DNA of 64,000 nt from a virus (IMGVR_UViG_3300049988_000286:224001-288000); one strand, 5' to 3'. Positions 1 through 9,971 are shown, counted from the first letter of the stretch. Made by a program: numbers and translations. Notes: generated by a model not told the origin, from the sequence alone.

Positions 1-344
1 CCAGCGGCAAGGGCCTGTAGCTTCGATTGCAGAAGCAGACATAGGTGGTCGTCGGACGGTTCATCAGGGGTGATCATCAAGTGATTGCGCAGACGCGGCA
101 CATTGTCGCTGTCAAGTGCTAGATCAAACCCGACTGCATTACCGGCCGAGATTGCGAGCGATGCCCCGACGATGTTGGTCAGCCAATACTCGATCTTCCG
201 AAACGCCAGCGTGACGAGGGCGTCATCGATGATGTCAACCTCCGCCTTGACTGAAATAGTGGACGGGATCAGCATGTCATCCAGCAACCGACACATCGAG
301 AACTTGAAATTGTAATGGATGTATAGTGTGCTTTCGTCTTCCAT
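1..344 (-). CDS. conserved phage hypothetical protein (runs off window start)
   Basis: Open frame MEDESTLYIHYNFKF...TPDEPSDDHLCLLLQSKL with AGGAG SD; not in the ORF track because it is truncated. Confidence 0.75.
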   Translation of the reverse strand, partial: MEDESTLYIHYNFKFSMCRLLDDMLIPSTISVKAEVDIIDDALVTLAFRKIEYWLTNIVGASLAISAGNAVGFDLALDSDNVPRLRNHLMITPDEPSDDHLCLLLQSKLQALAA

Positions 345-347
345 CTC

Positions 348-686
348 TTACTCCTTGACCGGGCGGCTGGTTCTGGCCGCTCGGAAGCTACTCTCCCTTG
401 TAGTCGCAACCCGTCCTTCTCTGCCATTTGTTTTCGCAACCGGAGGTTTCGGTCCTTCGATATCAACCTGCTCCGGACGGCCCTTGATCGACGCCTCGAA
501 GGCGCGCTGCACCAAACGCTCCCTCTGCGCAAAAGCACAGGCGTCCGCCATCGCCTTCAACTGTTCCACAAGTTCCCCGCTGTTCGAGAAGCGGCCCGCA
601 TATGCGAGGCGTTTGTGGATTTCGACGGTCTTATCCAAGAGTTCCTGATCCGTCATACCAATTGGATCAAATCCAATTACGTTCAT
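348..686 (-). CDS. hypothetical protein
   Basis: MNVIGFDP start with GAGG SD, downstream of a TAAATA motif at 707-712. Confidence 0.7.
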   Translation of the reverse strand: MNVIGFDPIGMTDQELLDKTVEIHKRLAYAGRFSNSGELVEQLKAMADACAFAQRERLVQRAFEASIKGRPEQVDIEGPKPPVAKTNGREGRVATTRESSFRAARTSRPVKE

Positions 687-698
687 ATTGCACCTCGA

Positions 699-712
699 TA
701 AATAGATATTTA
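699..712. promoter_or_regulatory. divergent pair of TAAATA late-promoter motifs
   Basis: TAAATA on + at 699-704 and on - at 707-712, between divergent genes. Confidence 0.55.
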
Positions 713-743
713 GAATGGCGACAACCGCCTTTTGGAGAACTTC

Positions 744-1154
744 ATGGCTTTGTCTTTCGCTAACAATACTGCTCACGCGATCCTTGATCAGATTAAGGTC
801 CGTATGGATATGGGTGCCGGTCCCGCCACAGTAGTCATCTACTCGGGAACCGTTCCTCTCGCCGCTAATACCGCGCTGTCGGGCAACACCGTCTTGGCAG
901 TCCTGACTGCGAGCGATCCGTCCGCTCCCGCTGCCGCGAACAAGACGCTTACCCTCAATCCGATCGCACAGGATACCAGCGCCGATGCTACCGGTGAGGC
1001 GACGTTCTTCCGCATCCTCGACTCGGACAACAATGTCGTGGTTCAGGGAACGGTCAGTGCGGTCAACGGCACGGGCGACCTCCAGATGAACACTACTTCA
1101 ATCATCATCAATGGACCCGTGCAGGTAACCTCGTGCACGTTCTCGATGCCGTAA
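744..1154 (+). CDS. putative virion structural protein
   Basis: A/T/G/V-rich beta-type protein (IYSGTVP...ATFFRI...GDLQMNTTSI) resembling small phage structural proteins; GGAG SD; follows TAAATA. Confidence 0.6.
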   Translation: MALSFANNTAHAILDQIKVRMDMGAGPATVVIYSGTVPLAANTALSGNTVLAVLTASDPSAPAAANKTLTLNPIAQDTSADATGEATFFRILDSDNNVVVQGTVSAVNGTGDLQMNTTSIIINGPVQVTSCTFSMP

Positions 1155-1178
1155 GCGACCATACAGCACTACAATACC

Positions 1179-1215
1179 GAAGAGCCACGGACGAGTTCCG
1201 TGGCTCTTCTTGTTT
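1179..1215 (+). terminator. intrinsic terminator
   Basis: GAAGAGCCACGGA / TCCGTGGCTCTTC stem followed by TTGTTT. Confidence 0.8.
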
Positions 1216-1233
1216 CAATCGACTAAATAGGGG

Positions 1234-1737
1234 ATGGCTCTCGATCTCGAAAAAATCAATGATTCGCCGCATCTGCTCGACATCCTCATCCAGATGGAGG
1301 ATGTCTTGGACTCGCTGGACATCTATGTGTTCGCTCATTGGATGAAGGGCGAAATCGTCGAAGGGCCGGTGGTTCGTCGGTACTGGTTTGACTTCACGCT
1401 CCGCTATGACATCAAGAAGATGCCTGATCCGCGCGGCGCGATGCGGCTGCTCAAGCACGGCGTTCGTGTCGATTACAACAAGGTGACCGTTCAAGCCGAT
1501 GACGGTAGCGAACCTGACGAGGCCACCCATTGGGAGGTCAAGGTATCGGTTCCCAAGCGCTTGGTCGCCGACATGAACGCAGCCGAACTCGACTTCTACG
1601 ACGAGGACATCGAGGTAGAGGATGTTCAGGACGCACAGGACGAGGGCATGAACGACGAATCGGGCCTCTTTGACGGAGACACCGAGGAACTCGATGCACC
1701 CGAGCCGGATGCGGAGACGCAGGAGGAGCAGCAGTGA
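1234..1737 (+). CDS. conserved jumbo-phage hypothetical protein, acidic C-terminus
   Basis: WxxGEIVEGPxxxRYW and MPDPRGAxRL motifs; TAAATA-N4-ATG. Confidence 0.8.
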   Translation: MALDLEKINDSPHLLDILIQMEDVLDSLDIYVFAHWMKGEIVEGPVVRRYWFDFTLRYDIKKMPDPRGAMRLLKHGVRVDYNKVTVQADDGSEPDEATHWEVKVSVPKRLVADMNAAELDFYDEDIEVEDVQDAQDEGMNDESGLFDGDTEELDAPEPDAETQEEQQ

Positions 1738-2201
1738 TCATCAACGAAGGCATGTGGGCCAACGACCTCGAAGACCTCCTTCAGCCGTTGCTCTCGATCG
1801 ACGAATATGAATCCAAGATCGACGACACGGCAGTGGCGATCGGCTTCTTTATCAACGACGCCGATGCCGCCGATGACCTCGCGCGCTTCCTCCAGAAAAG
1901 CGCAGTCCCTCTCATTGACTGCGATGTCTCGCCCGCGCCGGATCAGCGGGGATATTATATCGTCTTTGTCGAACTTCCTTCAAACGATCGTTTTACCGAG
2001 AACCTGCGACACATCTGTGATGAGGTGGGTCAGCTTGCCGGTATTACTCACTGGAAAATCAAGATGCGTGGGATGAAGAAGGTCATCGACTTTGACGAGG
2101 AACAAGTCAAACGGACAATCCTCCGCAACGTCATGAGTGATAAACTCACCCGACTGCGCAATCAACTCAAGGAGTTGAAAAAAAGCCAAAAAGAGGGCTA
2201 G
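1734..2201 (+). CDS. conserved jumbo-phage hypothetical protein
   Basis: SIDEYESK...DLARFLQK...YYIVFVEL; GTGA overlap with the upstream gene. Confidence 0.8.
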   Translation: MIINEGMWANDLEDLLQPLLSIDEYESKIDDTAVAIGFFINDADAADDLARFLQKSAVPLIDCDVSPAPDQRGYYIVFVELPSNDRFTENLRHICDEVGQLAGITHWKIKMRGMKKVIDFDEEQVKRTILRNVMSDKLTRLRNQLKELKKSQKEG

Positions 2202-2254
2202 GCCCTCTTTACAGCACCGTGGCTTCCCGGCATGTGACCCTCATTGGGGGAAAC

Positions 2255-2563
2255 ATGATCGAACGGACTATCAACTGGCAACACGCTCTTCGCTTCCTCG
2301 ACCATGCACAGACGGTCAACTGGGAGCCGCCCGCAATAGCGGCTATCGAGGTCAATTACACGACACTGATCCGCTTTACTCATCGCTTGCCCGTCTTTGA
2401 AATTCGTGACTGGATTCACGAATCGGTTGGTGGCAATTATCGGCTGTCGTCCATTCATGCACGAGACGCCAACACCATGACAATCTCGATCCTTCCGACC
2501 TACATCCGGCTGGCGTTTTTCGACATCGAAACCAGCACCTTCTTCAAGCTGCGCTGGCTTTAA
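2255..2563 (+). CDS. small paralogous family B protein (ends F-x4-[DS]-x-x-[LF]-F-x-L-x-W)
   Basis: C-terminus LAFFDIETSTFFKLRWL. Confidence 0.7.
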   Translation: MIERTINWQHALRFLDHAQTVNWEPPAIAAIEVNYTTLIRFTHRLPVFEIRDWIHESVGGNYRLSSIHARDANTMTISILPTYIRLAFFDIETSTFFKLRWL

Positions 2564-2769
2564 CGATCGCTGAACGAACCCCCGTTGATAACAGCGGGGG
2601 TAGAAGCAGCGACGACGGGCGCGGGTTTCTGTAGCGCCAAGGAGAGCAACTCTCCGATGCTCGCCGCCAAAGCGTTAGCCTCTTCAAACGACAGACGCAT
2701 GTCGCGAGCACCCGAGTGGGCGAGTTTCTTGACACGCCCCAAATAGGCGTCGATCGGTTCGTGGTCCAT
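2560..2769 (-). CDS. hypothetical protein
   Basis: 69-aa ORF coupled to the rnh stop. Confidence 0.7.
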   Translation of the reverse strand: MDHEPIDAYLGRVKKLAHSGARDMRLSFEEANALAASIGELLSLALQKPAPVVAASTPAVINGGSFSDR

Positions 2770-4010
2770 TAGTTTCTCCGGTAAGGTGCGCCGAGATAGG
2801 CGGCATGGTCGGTGGCATCGACCGCGAGGCGGTTGAGTTCATGTTGCTTGCAGAAGCGGGCGAAATGGATTCCCACGGCGGAGACTGGGGGCTGCTGGAC
2901 CGCCTCGACAATCACGGCATCCATGGCTTCCTTCACTGCGTCCGGCTGCTGCGTCAGATCGATGAGTTGACGGTTCTTCTCATATTCATCGATAACTTTG
3001 ACCTCGATGCTTTCACCACCCTCGGGTGTCTCGACCAACTTCTGCCAACGCTTGAGCATGAAGTTGTTCCAATGGAAACCCTTCTCTTTGCGGTCGTTCC
3101 AAGCATCCTCGATCCCCACGGAAGATTTACTTCCCCGGTAGCGGACACCGGGATTGGCGGAGAAGATGCCGTCACCGACATCGCCTCTAATGATCTTGAG
3201 GAATAGTGCCTTCTCGGGCCAATCTTCTTCCATCTCCCATTCGAAGGGCTGATTGGTTCGATTCTCTACCTTGAGGGTTTCGAGGCGCGCGGTAGCGAGG
3301 GTCTTCTCAAGAAGGTCTGTCAACGCGCCGTCGCTCTTCTTCTTTGCCTCCGCCCATGCCTTGAAGGCGGCGCGCTCCGCCTCCTTGACCTTCTTCAACT
3401 CCTCCTTCTGTGCCGCATTGTGCTTCTTGGTCGCCTCGCGGATTGTCTCCTTCGCCTTGACCTTCCCCGATGCCGGATCGACGTGGAAGACCAATGGCTC
3501 CCCCTTGGCATCAAAGACGCCATTGCGGGTAATAGTGCGCTCCGTCAAACCGTCGTAGATAGAGACATTGGGGGCGAGAAGCTGAATGTTGTCGCTGTCA
3601 CCGGAAATGATGATGTGGTCATCGTTGGGGTGAAGCTGAATCCACCGCGCGATCATATCATCGCCTTCCGCACAACTGCATTGCAGCACGGTCATGCGGG
3701 TCTTCTCTCTAAAGAATGTCATGAGAGATTTAAGGACTTCGCGAAACACGTCCTGTTCCTCTTGCTCGCGCGGCGATAGAGTCTTTCGAGCAAGGATGCG
3801 CTTTGCCTTGTACATGGGATAGTGGTCGTAGCGCCACGAGCGTCCCTCTGCCGCGACCACGATGTGATCCGCGCCATGATCGCGGTGCGCCTTGCGGAGA
3901 GCGTTGAAGACGATATGGAGTGCCATACCGGCTTTCGTGAATGCGTCACCGGAGCAGACGTGGTGAGCGCGGTTGAAGAGGTGGGCGGCGTCGATGATAG
4001 CGAATTTCAT
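2769..4010 (-). CDS. rnh: T4 RNase H-like 5'-3' exonuclease/flap endonuclease
   Basis: IIDAAHL, SWRYDHYPMYKAKR, EGDDMIA, ISGDSD and IRGDVGDGI acidic motifs of the FEN/5' nuclease family; long basic helical insert. Confidence 0.9.
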   Translation of the reverse strand: MKFAIIDAAHLFNRAHHVCSGDAFTKAGMALHIVFNALRKAHRDHGADHIVVAAEGRSWRYDHYPMYKAKRILARKTLSPREQEEQDVFREVLKSLMTFFREKTRMTVLQCSCAEGDDMIARWIQLHPNDDHIIISGDSDNIQLLAPNVSIYDGLTERTITRNGVFDAKGEPLVFHVDPASGKVKAKETIREATKKHNAAQKEELKKVKEAERAAFKAWAEAKKKSDGALTDLLEKTLATARLETLKVENRTNQPFEWEMEEDWPEKALFLKIIRGDVGDGIFSANPGVRYRGSKSSVGIEDAWNDRKEKGFHWNNFMLKRWQKLVETPEGGESIEVKVIDEYEKNRQLIDLTQQPDAVKEAMDAVIVEAVQQPPVSAVGIHFARFCKQHELNRLAVDATDHAAYLGAPYRRN

Positions 4011-4062
4011 GGCTTGACTCTATCGCCGTCAGCCGATAGTTCGCAATAAAGAAGGAAGAGCA

Positions 4063-4485
4063 ATGGAACCGCGTGACGCCTATGAGGATTTGCTGGAAAG
4101 GACGTTCGGTATGATTCAAAGTGGAAAGTCTTCCAGCGGCTTCGGTAATATCGGTAACGCGGGCGCTGCGAAGGCGTCAGTAGCGGTTACGCCGGAACCA
4201 GTCCTGATGCGCGCCTCGAAGCGCCTCCACTATTCGAAGTTCAACACCACCTTCCTGCCCGCCGAGTCCATCATGGCGATGGCGCGCAATCAGGTGGTGC
4301 CGGGAGGGAAGACAAGTCCCGGCCGTGCCCCGAAGGTCATCCCCGAACACATGCTCGATTGGTGCGAGGAGAATTGCGCTGGTCTCTGGATGCCCTCGCC
4401 GCCTTCAGCGCCCGAGTACATCATGTTCGAGGACAACGCCGACCTTACCCTGTTCATTACCGCGTTCGGCGGCGGGTCTAACTAA
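4063..4485 (+). CDS. family B-like hypothetical protein
   Basis: LDWCEENC...YIMFEDNADLTLF. Confidence 0.7.
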   Translation: MEPRDAYEDLLERTFGMIQSGKSSSGFGNIGNAGAAKASVAVTPEPVLMRASKRLHYSKFNTTFLPAESIMAMARNQVVPGGKTSPGRAPKVIPEHMLDWCEENCAGLWMPSPPSAPEYIMFEDNADLTLFITAFGGGSN

Positions 4486-5032
4486 CGATTCGGGGGTTGC
4501 CGTGCAGGGTTGCACTGGCCTCCGATCGACACACGTCTTGGAACCAAGCCTCTACGATCGCCTCTTCGTCGCGACCCGTGTACCCACCTTCGCGCAAAGC
4601 CTCGATCCAGACATCGTTCCAGTCGAACTCGAAATAGTAGCCGTTCACCCCCTTGGTGACATCGAGGCCATCGTCGATTACCCTGATCCACGGCATACCG
4701 CGAAGCGTCGCAATGGCTTTGTCGCCCGCGAACGGGTCCATCTTGCCGTGACGGACATCGGCGTCGATGCGCGCAACTTCGCGCTCCACATCGTCGGCGA
4801 TCATCTCCGCCATCTCGGCATCGAAGGTCTCGCCGTCGATGATACCCCAATCGCGACGCAACTCGATCTTGCGCCGTTTGAGCATTTCGCCCGATAGCGT
4901 GATTTCCGCTAGGCGCTCCGCGAGATCGTGTCCGTCGAGGGTGTAATAGGCCTCTGCCTCTTCGCGCTGCGGCCCCGCAAGGCCCCATGCCGCAGGGAGC
5001 CACGAGAATGGAATAAGTCGTTTCTTGATCAT
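4478..5032 (-). CDS. conserved phage hypothetical protein
   Basis: YFEFDWNDVWIEAL...GY...IVEAWF motif; start moved to MIKKRL. Confidence 0.75.
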   Translation of the reverse strand: MIKKRLIPFSWLPAAWGLAGPQREEAEAYYTLDGHDLAERLAEITLSGEMLKRRKIELRRDWGIIDGETFDAEMAEMIADDVEREVARIDADVRHGKMDPFAGDKAIATLRGMPWIRVIDDGLDVTKGVNGYYFEFDWNDVWIEALREGGYTGRDEEAIVEAWFQDVCRSEASATLHGNPRIVS

Positions 5033-5123
5033 GCGCGATAGTATCGCGACATGATCTCTGGTCGCAATATTGGCTTGACACTCCGAGGACGAACTGCAAA
5101 GCCGGTCGGGAAAGGATTTCGAG

Positions 5124-6773
5124 ATGAGCGTTGCCGGTGATACGATGGAGGTGCCGAAGGGCACGACGATCTATGATGGAACCTATTTCTACGAAGGCAC
5201 CGATTCGGTCTACTTTGGACAGGAGCCCACCGTAGGTGTTCGCGCTTCGAAGGTCACCATCGATGCCGTCGTCGATCTGTCGAAGCGCTGGTGGGCTCTC
5301 ACCAGTGAACAGGACCGCACCACCATTCGCGCCAGATTCGGCGTTTCCTTCCCCGACATCTTCACCCATGCTCGAAATAGCGGCTGGTCGTACAATCCGG
5401 TCACCAGTGGTGGTCCGCGTAACGGAGTTCGGATGACCGACGAGGAGGCGGATATCTTTCTCGTCAACCGGCGCGTTCGCATTCCCGTGTCGCGACAGGA
5501 GGAATGGGAGGCATATGCGGCAGAGTTGCGCGCCATGATCGAGACGCGCTATCCCGGCATGAAGTTCGCCAAGTGGAGTAAGGGCAAGAAGGCCGCGCTC
5601 CTTTCCGACCTCGTGCCCGCCACCGCAGCAGCACCCAAGCCCAAGGCCGAGAAGGCGATCACCAAGCGCCGCCAGATGGTCAAGGGCTCGATCTGGTCGT
5701 TCCCCGAGCCGGTCGAGATCAAGATCAACGTGGACAATCCCGAGATCGATGCGCTCATCATGAAGCGACGCGACATGCCCAACCGCACCATGGAGGAGAA
5801 AGCCGCCTACGACGTGGTGCACCAGCGCATCCTCAATACCCCCAAGACCATCGAAAAGCTGGCAGCGCGCATCCCTGCCGGAACACGCGTCGAGGTGATC
5901 GACAAGGCACAGACGAGCTATGGCAACAACGGGCTCTTGATCCCCTTCCGCATCTTGGAGCAGAAGATCGCCGTGGCGGCGGAACTGCTCGGCAAGGGGC
6001 GGTGGTATAATCCCCTCCATCATAGCGAGGGTATCCTCCTCCCTTACGCGCAGATCGAACCCACCATCGTGGCGGAGTCGATCCCCGAGACGATCTCGTA
6101 CGTTCTCCGCGATAGCGCCACGGGTGAGTTCTGGGGTGGCTGGGAGACCGAACCCGCCCGCTGGGGCACGCGCACCACCGACAAGGCGAAGATGTCCGCG
6201 ACCTTCTCGGGTGCGAAGAAGTTCGTCAACATGGCAGCCTTGAAGGCTAGCATCATGGACTTCACCGGCTACCACAAGGGCTTGGAGATCGAAGGCTACG
6301 TCGGCGAGTGGGTCGGCAGCGGCGATACCAAGATGAAGCTGTCGGAGACGTGGGAGGCGGTCGCGATCGACAAGACCACCAACACCGAGAAGGAAGTCAT
6401 CGATGTGCAGGGCTGGTACCGCGAGTTGCTGCGGCTGCGCGTCATCACCTCGAAGGTGAACAGCGCTGTGCGGGGCGTCTTCAAGAAGGTTGAGGGCAAT
6501 CCCGATTTCGCCGCCATCGTCTCGTTCGCACTCCCGGAAGACCTCTGGGACGACGAGAAGATGGAGCCCAGCGATGCCAAGCTGATCAAGGACGCGATGT
6601 CCAACGCGGAGGGCAAGACGCTCACGCACAAGACGCCCTACACCCATGCCTTCGCGGTCGCGACCGGTATGGACGCCGATCTGGTGGCGCTCTCCTATAG
6701 CGGCCCCGCTATCGTCAATGTCTACGATTCGACGACGCTCGATGAGATCGTCGTCAATGGGGAGGCGGCGTGA
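5124..6773 (+). CDS. large hypothetical protein (549 aa)
   Basis: Long ORF with strong GC3 coding bias; the antisense 721-aa ORF is a shadow. Confidence 0.85.
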   Translation: MSVAGDTMEVPKGTTIYDGTYFYEGTDSVYFGQEPTVGVRASKVTIDAVVDLSKRWWALTSEQDRTTIRARFGVSFPDIFTHARNSGWSYNPVTSGGPRNGVRMTDEEADIFLVNRRVRIPVSRQEEWEAYAAELRAMIETRYPGMKFAKWSKGKKAALLSDLVPATAAAPKPKAEKAITKRRQMVKGSIWSFPEPVEIKINVDNPEIDALIMKRRDMPNRTMEEKAAYDVVHQRILNTPKTIEKLAARIPAGTRVEVIDKAQTSYGNNGLLIPFRILEQKIAVAAELLGKGRWYNPLHHSEGILLPYAQIEPTIVAESIPETISYVLRDSATGEFWGGWETEPARWGTRTTDKAKMSATFSGAKKFVNMAALKASIMDFTGYHKGLEIEGYVGEWVGSGDTKMKLSETWEAVAIDKTTNTEKEVIDVQGWYRELLRLRVITSKVNSAVRGVFKKVEGNPDFAAIVSFALPEDLWDDEKMEPSDAKLIKDAMSNAEGKTLTHKTPYTHAFAVATGMDADLVALSYSGPAIVNVYDSTTLDEIVVNGEAA

Positions 6774-6967
6774 TGGGGAAGCTGTCCGAGATCGACGCGA
6801 TGAAGAACAACATCGAAACGATCCTCTTCGCCGCCGATCAGCAGGGCAGCGATCTTCACCGACGCATCGATGCGCTGGTGGAGCGTCGCGCGTGTAGCCG
6901 CGACATGGTGGCGGAGATCGGTGCCATCGTGGAGGCGGCGTTCGTGCTTGGAAGGACGGCCCGTTGA
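6770..6967 (+). CDS. hypothetical protein
   Basis: Coupled start/stop overlaps at both ends. Confidence 0.65.
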   Translation: MMGKLSEIDAMKNNIETILFAADQQGSDLHRRIDALVERRACSRDMVAEIGAIVEAAFVLGRTAR

Positions 6968-7359
6968 ACAGTCACAGTCAGCTTTGGCGCATCACCGGCG
7001 CTGCAATCACGGGCACACTGTTTGGCGTGTTCGCGGTGCCGTGGCTACACCCCAGTTCCGATCAAGGAGAACCGGGACAAGTCATGGCCACGTCAGCGAT
7101 TGTGCGCGGCGAGGGCGGCGCTATCGCGGAGATCGGTAGGGCGGTTCGATCATTCACAACGACCGACGCCCCGGTGCTCATCACGTTGGCACCGGGGGAG
7201 TCAAGGAAGCTGCTGTGCGGCCTCTATGGTCGGGATGGTGCGCTGCTGACGAGCGCATCCATTTATGCCAGCGGGAGCATCACCGACGTGCTGCGGTTCA
7301 ATCCCGGCAAGGATGATCTACCGGGCCGACTGCAATGCCGGTTCGAGGCGCGAGATTAG
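6964..7359 (+). CDS. membrane-anchored hypothetical protein
   Basis: N-terminal hydrophobic helix ITGAAITGTLFGVFAVPWL. Confidence 0.65.
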   Translation: MNSHSQLWRITGAAITGTLFGVFAVPWLHPSSDQGEPGQVMATSAIVRGEGGAIAEIGRAVRSFTTTDAPVLITLAPGESRKLLCGLYGRDGALLTSASIYASGSITDVLRFNPGKDDLPGRLQCRFEARD

Positions 7360-7691
7360 GCGTATTCGGCTCGCCTCTCGCGCATGGAGGCGAGACGGCG
7401 CTGGCGAGGCTTCACGGTGAAGGCCGGGATATCACCCTCCAATTCCGCCTCCAGTGCAGCGATCTGATCGTCCATCAGCAGCGCGGCGCGGCTACGGAAA
7501 TTCTCGATCACGAGGCACCCTGCATCGACGGGGTTGGTGTGCCCCTCAATGGCGCGAAGTTCGTTGTCAAAGCCGAACGGGAACCACTGGTCACCGAGAC
7601 GCTCGATGTAGCCCTCCGCCGGAGCATCGTCACAGTTGCCCATGGCGATGTCGAGACGGTTGTCGCTGTTCGTCTGAATAAGAGTGATCAT
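7356..7691 (-). CDS. hypothetical protein
   Basis: GGAG SD before MITLIQ. Confidence 0.6.
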   Translation of the reverse strand: MITLIQTNSDNRLDIAMGNCDDAPAEGYIERLGDQWFPFGFDNELRAIEGHTNPVDAGCLVIENFRSRAALLMDDQIAALEAELEGDIPAFTVKPRQRRLASMRERRAEYA

Positions 7692-7872
7692 GCTGTGCTC
7701 CGATAAATCCTGTAGTTCGGTGTCTATCAGATATAAACGATTATACAAGCGTAAAGTTCAATAATTGGGGCGACGATCCACAGACCGCCGCCCCAAGCCT
7801 CCCCCGCAGTCGCTAGCCGCGACAATGGAAATCACCTCCTGATTCGAATTAACCGGCAGGAGAGGCGGTATT

Positions 7873-8616
7873 TCATCCGATCGTTTGCCGGAGGAAATAC
7901 TTGTAGGTGCCGTGATGAGTCACGACCTCTACACCGAGCAGACCCTTGCTGGTAAACATCAACCGAGCCTCACTCGCATTCTGTGCGATCTTCATCAGCA
8001 TCAGAAACTTATCAACCGGGAAGTTGAGAACACCCGTAAGAGTACCCACCACCTTCTCGGCAAAAACCATAGAGCCGGAATGCGACGACGATGCCTCCTG
8101 ACCAAAGGTCATCTTGAGATCACCATCTTCGACCGAGACACCGAAATTCTTGTCGATCGCCGAATACAGTCCAGCAAACTGCGTGAATTCCGCCAGCTTC
8201 GCCTTGTTGATCTCGTGGAGGACGATCCCCCACGGGATCGAGGCGATCTTGGCCTGATCCGGAACATGCTGGATATCCATCAGCTTGAAGACCGACTTCG
8301 AGCCCGCACCCTTGAATTCAAACTGATCCAAGACCGTCTTGTCCCCCACCGTGCGCGAACGCACGTTGAAGGTCGCGTCCTCGGTCTGGTAGTTGGCAAA
8401 TCCGAGCAACCCCGAGAGCATCTTGAGATTGGTGATCCCAAACTCACCATCGAGCACAGGTGAGGGAGTGGCGAGCACACCCTCGATGAACAGCGTCTTG
8501 TCAGTGTCGAAAGTCTGCACCCTCGTCTCCGAAGCTGTCCCGGTCACCTTGATGATCTCCACCCCGGCAACGGCACAATGGCGAACCATGTCTTCGAGGT
8601 TGGCTTGAATAGTCAT
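7873..8616 (-). CDS. DNA polymerase sliding clamp (gp45-like)
   Basis: 247 aa with a repeated beta/alpha pattern (FGITNLKMLSGLL; LGVEVVTHHGTYKYFL), directly downstream of polB. Confidence 0.7.
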   Translation of the reverse strand: MTIQANLEDMVRHCAVAGVEIIKVTGTASETRVQTFDTDKTLFIEGVLATPSPVLDGEFGITNLKMLSGLLGFANYQTEDATFNVRSRTVGDKTVLDQFEFKGAGSKSVFKLMDIQHVPDQAKIASIPWGIVLHEINKAKLAEFTQFAGLYSAIDKNFGVSVEDGDLKMTFGQEASSSHSGSMVFAEKVVGTLTGVLNFPVDKFLMLMKIAQNASEARLMFTSKGLLGVEVVTHHGTYKYFLRQTIG

Positions 8617-8674
8617 TCCGTGTCTTTCTCTCTATAAGTCTTTGATACAGGGGGAGGGGTCAGGCGTGCAATAA

Positions 8675-9721
8675 TCAAAAGGAGATAAATTCGTCGCCGC
8701 TATGAACGAAGCTACCAGACAAATCCCACTTCATCGGTCCTACCAGATTATCCAGCTTCTTATCGATGATGACTTCCTCCATGGCGGCATGATCGAACGG
8801 CAAATCCTTGAACCACTTCGGCAGATGCGGCTCATCTATGGGGTAAGCGATAGAATCCATCTTCGACACCGTGGGGAGAAGCTTGCAGACGATGATGCGC
8901 GACCCATCGGTGATCCTCATCGAGAACTTGTCGTTGTGGATGTCGAGCATCTTGTTCCAATTCTCCGACGCACGGACGTGGCCCGGCACCGTCGATTTGG
9001 CCTTCTCACCCTTTCGCCGAGCATCAGTAAGCCCCATCGAGGCCGATCGAGCCATGATGCGACGATACTTGGTCAAGTTGCTGACCTTCTTCGGACTGCC
9101 CTTCTCCCACGCGGGTCTAGCCTTGAAGGCAGTCCTGAACTCGCGAATGTCACCGATGATCTGATCCTGACTGGTGCCTTGCAGGACATCCATGAGGACT
9201 TGCTCAAGGAAGGCTTGCATGAACTTCGGCGTATCAGCACGCTTGAGGTCGAGCCCCATCGCTTTCAACTTACCGGGCTTGTTGCCAGTGTCGAGGCGCT
9301 TGCCTTCAAGATCGTAGATCAACCCGCCGTATTTCTTCTTCTTGATGAAGAGCATCCGGGAGGCCACCAACTCACGACCAGCCGCGATGATCGCACCACG
9401 CTTCAACGATGTGTTGAAAGTGCGCGCCATGAATTCGGGGAAGGTCGCGTTGACGTTATCCGCCACCTTGTCATAGATGGCAATGTAATCCTCACGCGTG
9501 CAATCCTCACCCATCATATAGGCGGCAGAGAAGTAGCACGAATCGGTATCCGCGTAGCAGATCGCATCACCGGTATAGTCGTACTCACCAGTGAGTTCCT
9601 GATTCACCTGCGCATTCATATGCCGAACAATGGAACGACCCGTGAGGGTCACTGATTGTCCCATACGAGGGTCGGCCAGCCTCATTGCCTCGTTAAGGAG
9701 CGCCCCGTACAGCGAGTTAAG
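8675..9721 (-). CDS. polB: family B DNA polymerase, C-terminal subunit, exon 2
   Basis: LNSLYGAL (motif B, second half), YADTDS (motif C), KKKYG, KAMGLDLKRADTP. Confidence 0.92.
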   Translation of the reverse strand, partial: LNSLYGALLNEAMRLADPRMGQSVTLTGRSIVRHMNAQVNQELTGEYDYTGDAICYADTDSCYFSAAYMMGEDCTREDYIAIYDKVADNVNATFPEFMARTFNTSLKRGAIIAAGRELVASRMLFIKKKKYGGLIYDLEGKRLDTGNKPGKLKAMGLDLKRADTPKFMQAFLEQVLMDVLQGTSQDQIIGDIREFRTAFKARPAWEKGSPKKVSNLTKYRRIMARSASMGLTDARRKGEKAKSTVPGHVRASENWNKMLDIHNDKFSMRITDGSRIIVCKLLPTVSKMDSIAYPIDEPHLPKWFKDLPFDHAAMEEVIIDKKLDNLVGPMKWDLSGSFVHSGDEFISF

Positions 9722-9971
9722 CCATGATGTTCCAAGCCGATCGCCACCGACTTGTTGTCCTTGTGGACAACTGCATGTTGCCATGCAGAGCAGACCATAT
9801 CATAGACTCTTCGTGAGAGCCCCCGCCCGTTTCGGCCCGCTTGGGCCTACTCGCTTTCGCGATGGTCGTTGAACCTTCCCTTGCGGGCTTGGCTGCTGAT
9901 TGTCCCAGAGGGATGTCCCAGCAATTAGAGCGGTTATTCGATGGCCGTCGCCGACCAAAGCCTCCAGATTA
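9722..9971 (-). mobile_element. group I intron (IA-like, no homing endonuclease), 250 nt
   Basis: Exon 1 ends in U (CTT) and the intron ends in G. P AATTGCTGGGA, Q AATCAGCAGCC, R GTTCAACGACCA, S TGATATGGTCTG; P7 GACCA/TGGTC; GNRA-capped stems. Splicing restores RKIL-LNSLYG. Confidence 0.93.

Noticed and set aside
4482-6647. 721-aa minus-strand ORF
   Set aside because: Antisense shadow of the GC3-biased gene 5124-6773; the translation is not protein-like.
8702-9655. 317-aa plus-strand ORF opposite polB, and similar shadows opposite ligase and clpA
   Set aside because: Antisense shadows of conserved genes.
9722-9784. ORF-track start MATCSCPQGQQVGGDRLGTSW for the polymerase C-half
   Set aside because: These codons are intron P9 sequence; the real N-terminus is exon 1 at 10154-9972.
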